Shown here one piece after another: positions 1-9,099 of a stretch of 64,000 nt of DNA. Under the pieces are notes generated by a model. The model made no database searches. It had not been told where the DNA came from and worked only from the letters and a program-made list of their open reading frames with translations. The stretch comes from Pyrodictiaceae archaeon (GTDB lineage Archaea; Thermoproteota; Thermoprotei_A; Sulfolobales; Pyrodictiaceae). Position 1 is the stretch's first letter. The number at the start of each line of letters is the position of its first letter. Both the position numbers and the translations under genes were made by a program. The DNA is taken from positions 472,645-536,644 of the forward strand of contig JALVSY010000016.1 of assembly GCA_027036135.1 (NCBI GenBank), given 5' to 3'.

Positions 1-229
1 CGAGCAGGAACCGGTGCGCGAGCTAGCCCAGAGCCTCCTCAGCCTCCACAAAGGCGCCTACATACTGCACACGGCCTTCTACGAGGGCCCAGAGCACGCA
101 GGGTTCACTGGAACCGAGGAGGCCCTCGAAACAGCGATAAGGCTCGCCGAGAAGCTCCAAGAAGTAGCGGGGCGGCTCCAAGACCTTGTTCGAAACCCTA
201 GACTGAAACGGGACATAACGAACTCCTAG
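1..229 (+). CDS. PaREP1/HEPN-like protein, C-terminal part (truncated by window edge)
   Basis: AYILHTAFYEGPE motif parallels ALDLHDYQYHGPD of the PaREP1 paralogs in this window. Confidence 0.55.
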   Translation, partial: EQEPVRELAQSLLSLHKGAYILHTAFYEGPEHAGFTGTEEALETAIRLAEKLQEVAGRLQDLVRNPRLKRDITNS

Positions 230-247
230 ACTCGTGGGAACCAGCTG

Positions 248-1651
248 TTGACTATACGCTCAGTAATAGGTGTTCTTGTAGTTGTCCTCCTGCTAGCCAT
301 GGCATCCATAGCTTATCTTGCTACCCATCATGCTCCTAGTTCTAGCGCTCCTCATGCAAGCAGGGCTGTGAGCACTAGTACGTCTAGAGCAATCACTGAC
401 ACAGCTACGCAGCCAGTGGCCAGTAGGACGACTACGGTTATGCAGGGAGGCCTTGTTTCGCTTATTTATCGGCGCCTAGGCTACCCCATAATCCACTACT
501 ATGTCCCAAAGGAACTAGGACTAGGTAACGAGGAGGTAGCAGCAGTTTACGCAGTCCACGCCTATGGCTCGGAGGAGCCAATAGGCTACATCAATATAGA
601 GGGGCTCCTAGGCCTGAGACAGGTCCTCCGAAGAGCGCTGAGCGTGCTGGGCAGCAACTATAGCCTAGTGAGGGCAGAGTATGTACCTGGCCTCGTAGTC
701 AATGATACTCTCGTTAAGAGGCCTCGCTGGGTCCTCGTGCTCGCAAAGACCTATAAGGGGTATAGGCTCTGGCCCCGTTGCTGCGGCGATGTAGTGGCTG
801 AGGTAGACGCGCTCAACGGCTCAGTAAAGCTGCTCCAGAGAGGCAACTATATGGAGCCAAAGAGCTCGGTTCTGCTACCGAGCCAGGATAAGCTAGCCTC
901 CATGAGCCCAGAGCAACTAGTGAGGAGAGCCCTTAGGCAGATACTGAGCCTCTACAAGGGCTGGGGGAGACAAGTCCTAGAGGACGCACTGGCCAATAGG
1001 ACGCGCTACGACTATAGTATTGATCTGCGCATAGCCCGGCTAGGCGATGAGAGCAACGAACTCCTCTCAGCACAAAGCACGGTAACTAAGGAGTTCCTCG
1101 GCCAGCCCCGCCTCTACTGGGTAATAACAATAGAGGCTGACCACGTTATAGCAAGCGCACTAGTAGATGCGGTAACCGGGCGGCTTGCAAGCTACATCGT
1201 GGAGCCCCTATGGCCACGGACACCATGGGCAGAGCTACTAGTAGAGCCAACCTACCCGGGCAAACCAATCAACGTAACTAGGAGTATCAAGGGCCTCGGA
1301 GAAACAACCGTCACATTGGTACACGTGCTCCCCGTGAAGACGGGCGAGAAAGGAACCCTAGCCCTAGTAGCCTATTGGAGAACCCATGTCAACCCAGCAG
1401 CGATAAAGACAGCGCCAAAGATAATCCTAGAGCCGAAAACCATAGAGACCAAGTGGATCAAGCTAATTCCTCTCAACAACACAGTAGTCGTAGAGCCCAG
1501 CACCGGGGCAAAGAACCAAATACTCTACAAGTACAGAGTGAGCGCCAGTGCTAGCTCAGGCATATACGTGGCGGAGATAAAGCTAAGCGAACAAGTAGTA
1601 GGCTACCAAAACATCTCGCGTTGCATCCCATTAGTTATTGACATAGGTTAA
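248..1651 (+). CDS. Membrane-anchored extracellular protein with two PepSY-like repeats and a C-terminal beta-rich domain
   Basis: N-terminal TM/signal, Ser/Thr linker, W-x-L...VDALNGSV and YWVI...VDAVTGRL motifs. Confidence 0.6.
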   Translation: MTIRSVIGVLVVVLLLAMASIAYLATHHAPSSSAPHASRAVSTSTSRAITDTATQPVASRTTTVMQGGLVSLIYRRLGYPIIHYYVPKELGLGNEEVAAVYAVHAYGSEEPIGYINIEGLLGLRQVLRRALSVLGSNYSLVRAEYVPGLVVNDTLVKRPRWVLVLAKTYKGYRLWPRCCGDVVAEVDALNGSVKLLQRGNYMEPKSSVLLPSQDKLASMSPEQLVRRALRQILSLYKGWGRQVLEDALANRTRYDYSIDLRIARLGDESNELLSAQSTVTKEFLGQPRLYWVITIEADHVIASALVDAVTGRLASYIVEPLWPRTPWAELLVEPTYPGKPINVTRSIKGLGETTVTLVHVLPVKTGEKGTLALVAYWRTHVNPAAIKTAPKIILEPKTIETKWIKLIPLNNTVVVEPSTGAKNQILYKYRVSASASSGIYVAEIKLSEQVVGYQNISRCIPLVIDIG

Positions 1652-1831
1652 TAGCGATGCTCCAAGACCCTGTAGAATGATTAATTAAGAACGTCTATAG
1701 CATCTTTGATGCGTAAGAATTGGTTCAGAATAATGCAATTAACGGTATGAAAATAATTAATATATGTCTCCTTTAGAGCGTATTTATACTTTGCTCTACA
1801 TGGCATTTTCACTCAATTATATAAGTAGTCG

Positions 1832-3559
1832 TTGGTGCTGCTCTATATGGTCAGTAATGTAATCAAGATGAGAGATATGATTAGATTTAAAAAGGCTATA
1901 CCGCTAGTAATCCTAGCAGTTCTCGCAGCATCCTCTCTTGCACTCTTCGTAGCCAAGATGGATGGACTTAATGAACGAGTAGTAGCCAGCGAAGCTTTTG
2001 CTAATAACCTCAAAGTAATATATATCAATAAATTGTTTGGGTCACAGAGCGCTAAAATATCGCTACAGGGAGTACCTAAGGGTTATCATATATGTGTAAG
2101 TGCATGGGGCTGGACTCCGGATAGTAGTATAGTGTCTCTCGGGAAAGCATGCTCGGCTAGCGGTACCATAGCTTTACCAGTCGATTCTATTAAGAGGTAC
2201 ATGAAGGCTTGGAAGAATTACTTGATAAGAAACAAAGATAGCCTTAACGTTGTTGAACCAGGCATACTGATTACAGTGACCCTAGTAAAGCCGGGCAAAG
2301 CTATCTATGCAGTATTTAAAGCAGTCCCTATAAACGCTAAGTACTTTCTCGAAAAGAAGGCATCATTAACTATAACTATAGGATCGGATGCAATAAAAGC
2401 AGCGCTCAAGAAACCTGTTATGACCTGGAACGAGTGGGAAAAAGCACTAGCTAGGTCAATGACTGCAAGGAAGCAAGCGCATAGTACTGAATGGCCGCCG
2501 AAGCTAGTACCCATAGGTAATGGAATATATTGGACCTACTATAAGACTATAGCTAAGAATGACGATATGTATATACCATTAGTCATAGTGAGGCTGCATG
2601 GCTATTTAAAATATCTGGAAAGAACCCAGCTGCTTCTCCAGGAATTCTTTGCCTCATACGATAAAGGCTATGTCGTCTTTACAGCAACGTATCATGTTGA
2701 TCAAGATAATGCAGGCATAAGCATAGATTATGGAGATATGGGCCCAGTCTTTAGCCTTAAGGCAAAGACGAAAGCACTTATGCAGTACCTGGATTTTGAA
2801 AGCTACTTCGCGTACAGCGATGACGCCAAAACGCTTAGGAGCATTTCTGGCCTCTATAATCACCCGCAAGTTGCTGTACTACATGTAAAGGGTAGCGATG
2901 CTATCGCAGCTATTGGTTTCAGAGGACAGAGCATTGTTGCAAAGTACTGCTTAGGCTATGAGTACCCGATAGGAGGAGGCGTTTCTATCGTTACGTGTCC
3001 GAAGAGCAATACAGCCTTTGCAACATTTACTATGTTTAGGCCCATAGTTTATAAGAACCACCTATACTACTGGGCAGAGGCTGATAGCAACCCTCACGAT
3101 GGAATCGGTGTCGCCGAGAAGGCCTTCTGGCCGATATACAATACATGGCACTACACTGAAAAGGAATTGTATGAAAAGCCGCTTTATGTCAGTTCCTCTA
3201 ATCTCACAGCAATATCCAATGCCATTCCGCTGCTCGGTGTAGGTGTGCCAGTACTACCACTTCTCATAAAGGATCCATCACCACTTCTAGCACCAGTATT
3301 CGCAGCCACACTTGGCTACACAAGCAAATCAGTAACCGTCCTTCATCTATCAGCCTCGCTATACTCCGATAAAGGTACTAATGTGGGCTTTGTAGCCAGG
3401 ATATTCGAAACACCGATGAAGCTATACTATGATGACAGAGCGTACACTATAAGCTCGCCAGTACTAGATATAGGCATATACCAAGGCGGCGGTGCGCCAC
3501 ACCCGTGCACGGCGCCTGGTACCTCATGCCCGACAAATAACAAGGGTACAGAAGCCTAG
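1832..3559 (+). CDS. Large secreted hypothetical protein (start probably ~1868-1877)
   Basis: 575-aa ORF, signal peptide KKAIPLVILAVLAASSLALFVA, AT-richer codons, similarity to 49256-51310. Confidence 0.75.
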   Translation: MVLLYMVSNVIKMRDMIRFKKAIPLVILAVLAASSLALFVAKMDGLNERVVASEAFANNLKVIYINKLFGSQSAKISLQGVPKGYHICVSAWGWTPDSSIVSLGKACSASGTIALPVDSIKRYMKAWKNYLIRNKDSLNVVEPGILITVTLVKPGKAIYAVFKAVPINAKYFLEKKASLTITIGSDAIKAALKKPVMTWNEWEKALARSMTARKQAHSTEWPPKLVPIGNGIYWTYYKTIAKNDDMYIPLVIVRLHGYLKYLERTQLLLQEFFASYDKGYVVFTATYHVDQDNAGISIDYGDMGPVFSLKAKTKALMQYLDFESYFAYSDDAKTLRSISGLYNHPQVAVLHVKGSDAIAAIGFRGQSIVAKYCLGYEYPIGGGVSIVTCPKSNTAFATFTMFRPIVYKNHLYYWAEADSNPHDGIGVAEKAFWPIYNTWHYTEKELYEKPLYVSSSNLTAISNAIPLLGVGVPVLPLLIKDPSPLLAPVFAATLGYTSKSVTVLHLSASLYSDKGTNVGFVARIFETPMKLYYDDRAYTISSPVLDIGIYQGGGAPHPCTAPGTSCPTNNKGTEA

Positions 3560-3591
3560 GCCTTACTCTGTACTTTAAACTCCAGTATGTT

Positions 3592-4362
3592 TCATATCTC
3601 TATTTCTGCTAGTAGGTCTTCTAGTAGTTCTAGTTCGGGGAATTCGAGTACTCCTAGTTCCTCGGCGAGTACGTAGGGCTTTATCTTCGCGAGGTCTATG
3701 TCTTCTCGGAGTATTGGTGAGAGGTAGGTGTCGGGGCTTAGGCTCACTGTTGTCCCTGTCTGGTACTGGCCGACAGCAGGTAGTACTATGAGGGTTGCTC
3801 CTAGCTTCTCGTAGGGCGCTACTAGGAACGCGGGTAGCTTTGCCACGTAGCCTAGCTTGTCGCGTAGCCTTAGGCTCGGGTGCTCATGCCCCATTATGAC
3901 GACGTCCACGCCGCCGGGGTAGTTGCCCTCGGGCTTGCGGTGACCGTGTACCACTAGTACTCCTTTCTCGTAGTACTCGTTCACAAGCTCTATACCATAC
4001 TCTCTCGTGACCAGGGGTAAGTAGTTATCATGATTACCCCTAACAATCACCACCTCGGCGCCGCGTTCCTTGACAAGATAGTCTAGTACCCTGCGGACCT
4101 CCTCCCTTTCACTCCTCAGCAACCTAGAGAAACAATGCTTAACATCACCAGCAAGGATAACCCTACTAGCCCCGGTCTCATCAAGAGCCCTTCCAAGGAC
4201 CTCAAGGGTTCTCGCAAGCTGTATCCGTGGCACAAAGAAGCCCTGCTTAGCAGCCTCCTCCTCAAACCCTAGATGAGTATCAGCAATGATGACCGCGCCG
4301 ATGCGGCGAACATAGATCGCGGGAATACTATCAACAACCTCTACGCCGGGCACCAGCTCCAA
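3592..4362 (-). CDS. Metallophosphoesterase (calcineurin-like, archaeal SbcD-related)
   Basis: ADTHLG, GDVKH, RGNHD, HGH, GHEHP motifs; likely TTG start at 4362 (ORF open to 4482). Confidence 0.9.
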   Translation of the reverse strand: MELVPGVEVVDSIPAIYVRRIGAVIIADTHLGFEEEAAKQGFFVPRIQLARTLEVLGRALDETGASRVILAGDVKHCFSRLLRSEREEVRRVLDYLVKERGAEVVIVRGNHDNYLPLVTREYGIELVNEYYEKGVLVVHGHRKPEGNYPGGVDVVIMGHEHPSLRLRDKLGYVAKLPAFLVAPYEKLGATLIVLPAVGQYQTGTTVSLSPDTYLSPILREDIDLAKIKPYVLAEELGVLEFPELELLEDLLAEIEI

Positions 4363-4547
4363 GGCCCAGATAGCCCTCCCAAGACCCAGTTCTAAGAGTA
4401 TTACCGAGCCACACCGAGCTAATATATGGTACCAGAGAAGCCTCTTGTAACCTGGCCCCAGTACCCGCGAAGCCAGAGACATGGGAGATTTAACTTTATC
4501 ACTGAGGCCCTATGGCAGCTTTGTGTGCGTGGCGGGAGTGCTTCTCT

Positions 4548-4973
4548 ATGAGTGGCGAGCTAGCTGAAGCGCTTTGGAGACGGGCCACAGTATATCTCCG
4601 CGAGGCTAAGCACCTCTACTCGGAGGGCCAATACGATGTTGCGCTAGTTATGGCTGAGCAGGCAACACAGCTAGGCATAAAGGCGGTCTATGCTAGGCTC
4701 CTTGGCGCCGTGCCGCGTGGGCATAGCCTGCGCCGCCTACTAGGCTACCTCGCCTCGGTGCTGGAGGAAGCTAGTAAGCAGGAGGAGGAGGCGATGCTTC
4801 TCCGAGACTTCGTGGCAAGTAACCGTGACTCCCTAGTCCTGCTAGAAGACGCCTATATACAGGGACGCTACGATGTACCCGGTTATACGAGGAGCGAGGC
4901 CGAGAAAGGAATTAGCACAGTAACCCAGCTACTCGAGCTACTAGGGAAGCTACTAGGGATGCGGCATGGTTAA
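4548..4973 (+). CDS. HEPN domain protein (HEPN-MNT pair 1)
   Basis: AEQATQLGIKA, PRGHSL, AYIQGRY; overlaps downstream MNT. Confidence 0.9.
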   Translation: MSGELAEALWRRATVYLREAKHLYSEGQYDVALVMAEQATQLGIKAVYARLLGAVPRGHSLRRLLGYLASVLEEASKQEEEAMLLRDFVASNRDSLVLLEDAYIQGRYDVPGYTRSEAEKGISTVTQLLELLGKLLGMRHG

Positions 4974-5325
4974 CAAAGTAGACGTGCTCATGGCTAAGTG
5001 GTTCTACGAGCTACGAGACGGGTGGAGAGAAGCAGCAACCCTTGTAGCAAGGGTGGCTAAGCGCCTCTACCCAGGAGCAAAGGTATACGTGATAGGCAGC
5101 GTAGCCGAGGGCACCTTCACAGCGACAAGCGACCTAGACATACTAGTAGTACTACCCCGCGACCCAGAGCCCAGCGAGAGGCTCCGGATAAAGACAAGTA
5201 TCCTCCTACAAGCATTCGACGAGGGACTCCCCTTCCACTACCCAGTAGACCTCCACATAGCAGGGCCAAAGAAACTAACAGAATACAGGAAACACGCCAA
5301 GAAAATGATAAACATAGACCCTTAA
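4966..5325 (+). CDS. Minimal nucleotidyltransferase (MNT)
   Basis: GSVAEG...SDLD and VDLH motifs. Confidence 0.9.
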   Translation: MVNKVDVLMAKWFYELRDGWREAATLVARVAKRLYPGAKVYVIGSVAEGTFTATSDLDILVVLPRDPEPSERLRIKTSILLQAFDEGLPFHYPVDLHIAGPKKLTEYRKHAKKMINIDP

Positions 5326-5591
5326 TGGAGCATGAATAGGATTGTTAATAACTTAATAACCGAGTACCCTTGTGCCCCCGGCTTACTAGTAGCTACTTTG
5401 CCCGTGTTCTTTTGCCGAGCTATAAATCCCCCTTGCCACAACTACTTTCTTAGTGAAGCTTCATTCCACTCATCCTCGTCAATAGTGTTTGCAGTTCAGG
5501 ATAAGGAGCATGTTTTGCCAATATATAATTAGGCCTATGACTTTCTTTAAGTTTCTGGAAGCTCCTTAGAGACTAGTGGTGCTAAGAATCT

Positions 5592-6002
5592 ATGAGCCAT
5601 ATAGATGAATATAAGGTTATGATTACTAGGAGTAGATGGTTCCTTGATCTAGCTAGAGAGGCGTATCGTAGGCAGCAATACGACTTAGCAGTATTTCTCG
5701 CCGAGCAAGCAGCACAGTTACGAGTAAAGGCAGCACTCATCCGCCTTGCCGGGCACTATCCACGAGTTCATAGTATCCGGTTACTATTAGGAGAGCTAGC
5801 GAAGGCAAGCGGTAATGCGGGTAAGAAGATAATAGAGTTCATTAAGAATAATCGTTCTCTCTTATCAGAGCTAGAGGATGTTTATTTAATAGCAAGGTAT
5901 GCCCCAAAACAGTACAGCCGCGAGGACGCCGATGACCTCATAACTATAGCAGAGAAAATCATCAAGCTTGTAGAGGAGACAGAGCGAGGCCAGGAGCATT
6001 GA
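5592..6002 (+). CDS. HEPN domain protein (HEPN-MNT pair 2)
   Basis: AEQAAQLRVKA, PRVHSI, YLIARY. Confidence 0.9.
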   Translation: MSHIDEYKVMITRSRWFLDLAREAYRRQQYDLAVFLAEQAAQLRVKAALIRLAGHYPRVHSIRLLLGELAKASGNAGKKIIEFIKNNRSLLSELEDVYLIARYAPKQYSREDADDLITIAEKIIKLVEETERGQEH

Positions 6003-6331
6003 GCCTTGTCGTGGAGAGGGCTAGGATGCTAAGGGAATGGAGGAAATGGGTGCCGAGGGTAGTGGAGGTTATTAAGCAGCTATACCCTGATGCAGAGATC
6101 TACGTCATAGGCAGCGTGGCCGAGGGAACCTATACCGGGGCTAGCGACCTAGACCTCCTAGTAGTGACGAAGAACCCTCCAAGAACGCCCCGAGAAGAGG
6201 CGGAGGCGAAGACAAGGATAGAGGATCTAGCCAGCCTACCCATATACCACCCGCTCGAGATACACTTCGCGAGCCAAGAGGAGAAACAAAAGTGGCTCAA
6301 GTGGTCAAGGAAGACAATAAAACTAGCCTAG
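5999..6331 (+). CDS. Minimal nucleotidyltransferase (MNT)
   Basis: GSVAEGTYTGASDLD; overlaps HEPN stop. Confidence 0.9.
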   Translation: MSLVVERARMLREWRKWVPRVVEVIKQLYPDAEIYVIGSVAEGTYTGASDLDLLVVTKNPPRTPREEAEAKTRIEDLASLPIYHPLEIHFASQEEKQKWLKWSRKTIKLA

Positions 6332-6386
6332 CCCGCTACGAGGCAGCATCGCTAGTGATCGCTTCATAATATTTTGGTGATGTTGT

Positions 6387-6482
6387 GGGCCGCGGGGGAA
6401 CCCGTCCCCCACCAGCAAGGGGCCCTTAGCGGCCCCAAGCCTGTCGGGAACGGTGCGGGGGCGACAAAGCCACCCGCGGCCC
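6387..6482. ncRNA. Candidate GC-rich structured RNA or element remnant
   Basis: Perfect 10-bp terminal stem GGGCCGCGGG/CCCGCGGCCC with internal helices, in an AT-rich intergenic region. Confidence 0.35.
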
Positions 6483-6603
6483 CCCGAGTAAGCCCTAGGA
6501 CATTGTCGCTCAATATAGTCTCTACCTTTCATAATTTTGCGGGAGTCATGTGAAAACAATTTGTAATAGTTATTTATTGATTAAATATTAAGAAAATATA
6601 ACG

Positions 6604-6620
6604 ATATATATATATATATA
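6604..6620. repeat. (AT)8 dinucleotide tract upstream of secreted-protein cassette
   Basis: atatatatatatatata at 6604-6620. Confidence 0.8.
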
Positions 6621-6674
6621 CCTTCAGCATTACTATACTCAATAATAGAAGGGTATAAAGAGGTAGATTCAATA

Positions 6675-7445
6675 ATGCTTATAGGCAAGAAAACAATAGC
6701 CACAATAGTAATAGTGATGATAGGCATCACGTCACTCATAATACTTCATCCCTGGCGACACGGGCACAGCTCTAAGCACTATAAGGTCATAGCAATACCT
6801 TCTCTAGGAACACCTCAGGAGGCGTTTAGGGAAGGATATGTCTATGGCTACGTAGTGGGAAAGATTCTATCAATGAAGAATCCTACAGGAGGTCTGCTAA
6901 AGATAAAAGTTAAGATAACATATGTAGGGAACGCCTCAGCTCCCGAGGAGCTACTAGTAAAGCCAGTACTGGATAATGGCCTTGAGGTATCGCTCCCACC
7001 AGCTATGGCTAAAGAGATACTCATAAAGTATCAGAACAATGGTAAGGCGCTCCTAGACCTATTGTTCCGCGGAGTAATATCCTTCGACCAAGACGTGGGT
7101 GGCAGAGTCTGGGTAGAACCATCAAGATTACTTAATGTTGCCTCGGAGAAACCTATAATAGTTCATAGAAATAGCTCCGTAGTGGCAACAATACTTGTGA
7201 AACCCGCTAATTTATCACTAATAGAGCGCAAAATAGCTTGTAGCCTACTCAATGCACGTTTATCAAGAATAGGAATTAGGGGCCCTATATCCATTGATTT
7301 CGAATTATTCAATGCAATCACGGGGAAACCTGCTGCGAGGAAGGGTATGAAACTAGTCTTATTAACATGGCCGATAAGCATTCCAGCAATACAAGTATAT
7401 TATATAGCATGTATATATAACGAAGTTTATGGGGGTGGGAGGTAA
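6675..7445 (+). CDS. Membrane-anchored hypothetical protein
   Basis: N-terminal KK + TM helix; TAATG overlap with next gene; low GC. Confidence 0.7.
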   Translation: MLIGKKTIATIVIVMIGITSLIILHPWRHGHSSKHYKVIAIPSLGTPQEAFREGYVYGYVVGKILSMKNPTGGLLKIKVKITYVGNASAPEELLVKPVLDNGLEVSLPPAMAKEILIKYQNNGKALLDLLFRGVISFDQDVGGRVWVEPSRLLNVASEKPIIVHRNSSVVATILVKPANLSLIERKIACSLLNARLSRIGIRGPISIDFELFNAITGKPAARKGMKLVLLTWPISIPAIQVYYIACIYNEVYGGGR

Positions 7446-8428
7446 TGAAGACTGGAAATAAATATCACGCCCTCATTATTCTAATAGCTGTAATAGGATT
7501 AATCATGTTTAATACCATCTTCGTTACGATTGCTTATGCTGATAACGATCACTATTATATAGGAGGATACTTTGTCCATAACGATGTTATAACCGCTACC
7601 AGGGCTATCATGGCTGCAAATATAATTTCTCTAAACCCATCGGATATACCACCTGGTAATACTTTTCAGATGGTGCTAAGCGTTGCTGGCGGCAATGATG
7701 GGGCTCCTAGTGGATGTGTTTACCAAAACTCTATCGAAGTACTCCATAACGGTACAGTCATTGTTGTGCCGCAAGTATGGAATGGCTCTACGCTACTCTC
7801 CTATAGGATAACTAATACTAATGTATCAACTGATGCTATTGCTTGGTATGTAGAGATACGGGTTCCGGGTAATGGTATAGCTTCTATGTGGCTCTATACC
7901 TATGCTACGTGGATCGAGTATGAGTATAATGCTCCTGAAAAGTGTCATCAGGATTTCAGCCTTGCGGGAACAAATTGTAGGAACGATAAACTCCTTGTAG
8001 GCGTAGAGAAGCATGGTGATTACTATGTTAAGTTCCTGCAGTTCGGTATTGAGGCTAGTAGTCACGTGGGTAGCAGCAATAATGAGTGGGAGGTGCAGAC
8101 TTATAGTATAGCCTATTATAGTAGGGGGGAATGGCATTATTTGCCTGCTAAATCAGTGCTTTCTTCAACATCAGCGATAACTTATACAAAATCCGGAGCC
8201 CTTATAATAGTAGGTGGCTTGGACTATAATAGTGTTAATATAGATAGAGCGTTTACGTATAACGATGACGTGTTCTGGCACTATACTGGTGATACGTTGC
8301 CTTCGAATACGACGCTATGGAGTGGCTCCGGCAGTATGACGCCGTATCCTTATCAGCAATCATGGGTGTTTAGCCTGCCTCCTAGCCCTCTTGGTACTTT
8401 GCAGGAGCAAGGGAATAGAACAAAGTAA
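7445..8428 (+). CDS. Secreted beta-rich protein, possibly glutamic-peptidase/thermopsin-like fold
   Basis: Signal peptide ending AYA; rich in Tyr/Asn/Gly/Ser; IGGY, VYQNS, FGIE motifs; fold call is weak. Confidence 0.6.
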   Translation: MKTGNKYHALIILIAVIGLIMFNTIFVTIAYADNDHYYIGGYFVHNDVITATRAIMAANIISLNPSDIPPGNTFQMVLSVAGGNDGAPSGCVYQNSIEVLHNGTVIVVPQVWNGSTLLSYRITNTNVSTDAIAWYVEIRVPGNGIASMWLYTYATWIEYEYNAPEKCHQDFSLAGTNCRNDKLLVGVEKHGDYYVKFLQFGIEASSHVGSSNNEWEVQTYSIAYYSRGEWHYLPAKSVLSSTSAITYTKSGALIIVGGLDYNSVNIDRAFTYNDDVFWHYTGDTLPSNTTLWSGSGSMTPYPYQQSWVFSLPPSPLGTLQEQGNRTK

Positions 8429-8472
8429 GTGCAGAGACCCCAATTTTTATTTTTCTTGTATTGTTTTCCTTA

Positions 8473-9036
8473 TTAATATTTTAGTAGTTCTTGTAGTGCT
8501 TCTTCGTGCTCCTTGCTCCATTGTTTTCGTTGCTCTAGTTCGGGTTTTACGTGGTTCTTTATTATCTCTATGAGCTTGTCTAGTAGGATTATGATGTCCT
8601 TGGCTGCTTCTTCTCGGCTTCTGTACTTGCTTAGCTCCGCATCGGGATCGGGGCCGTGGTACTGGTAGTCGTGGAGGTCTAGGGCCTTGTCTGTTGCGAA
8701 GCTATAGCCCGGTACGTGTTTCTCTATTAGTTGTCCGAGGGCTTTGAGCCTGGTTGTTGGGATGCGTGTTATTGCTTTCTCCCTTATCCATTTTGTCTCC
8801 TTCTCGGGTAGGTTCTTTGTTATCTTGTCTATGTGGAGGGCTAGTATTGCTGCTGTTAGTGCTCTCCATGCCTGGAATGCCTTACCGGCTGCGTTCCTTG
8901 TATAGCCTTGCTCTAGGAATCTTAGGGCGAGGAGGGCCTCTAGCAGTGCTTCTAGTGCGCGTGCTGAGGCGTAGGCGGCTAGGTCTCTCCTGGGCTTTGG
9001 TAGTGGCTTCTCTAGTAGCTCTGGACTAGTAGTCAT
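8473..9036 (-). CDS. PaREP1 family protein
   Basis: LEKPLPKP, RNAAGKAFQAW, ALDLHDYQYHGPD. Confidence 0.9.
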   Translation of the reverse strand: MTTSPELLEKPLPKPRRDLAAYASARALEALLEALLALRFLEQGYTRNAAGKAFQAWRALTAAILALHIDKITKNLPEKETKWIREKAITRIPTTRLKALGQLIEKHVPGYSFATDKALDLHDYQYHGPDPDAELSKYRSREEAAKDIIILLDKLIEIIKNHVKPELEQRKQWSKEHEEALQELLKY

Positions 9037-9099
9037 CCCTGTTCCCGCTCTCTTAGTGCACGGGGTGCCTGGTTATACCCTTGTGCTCTACTCGCCGGG

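Noticed and set aside
6323-6559. 78-aa ORF across the GC-rich element
   Set aside because: Low-complexity product of a GC-rich structure; no coding signature
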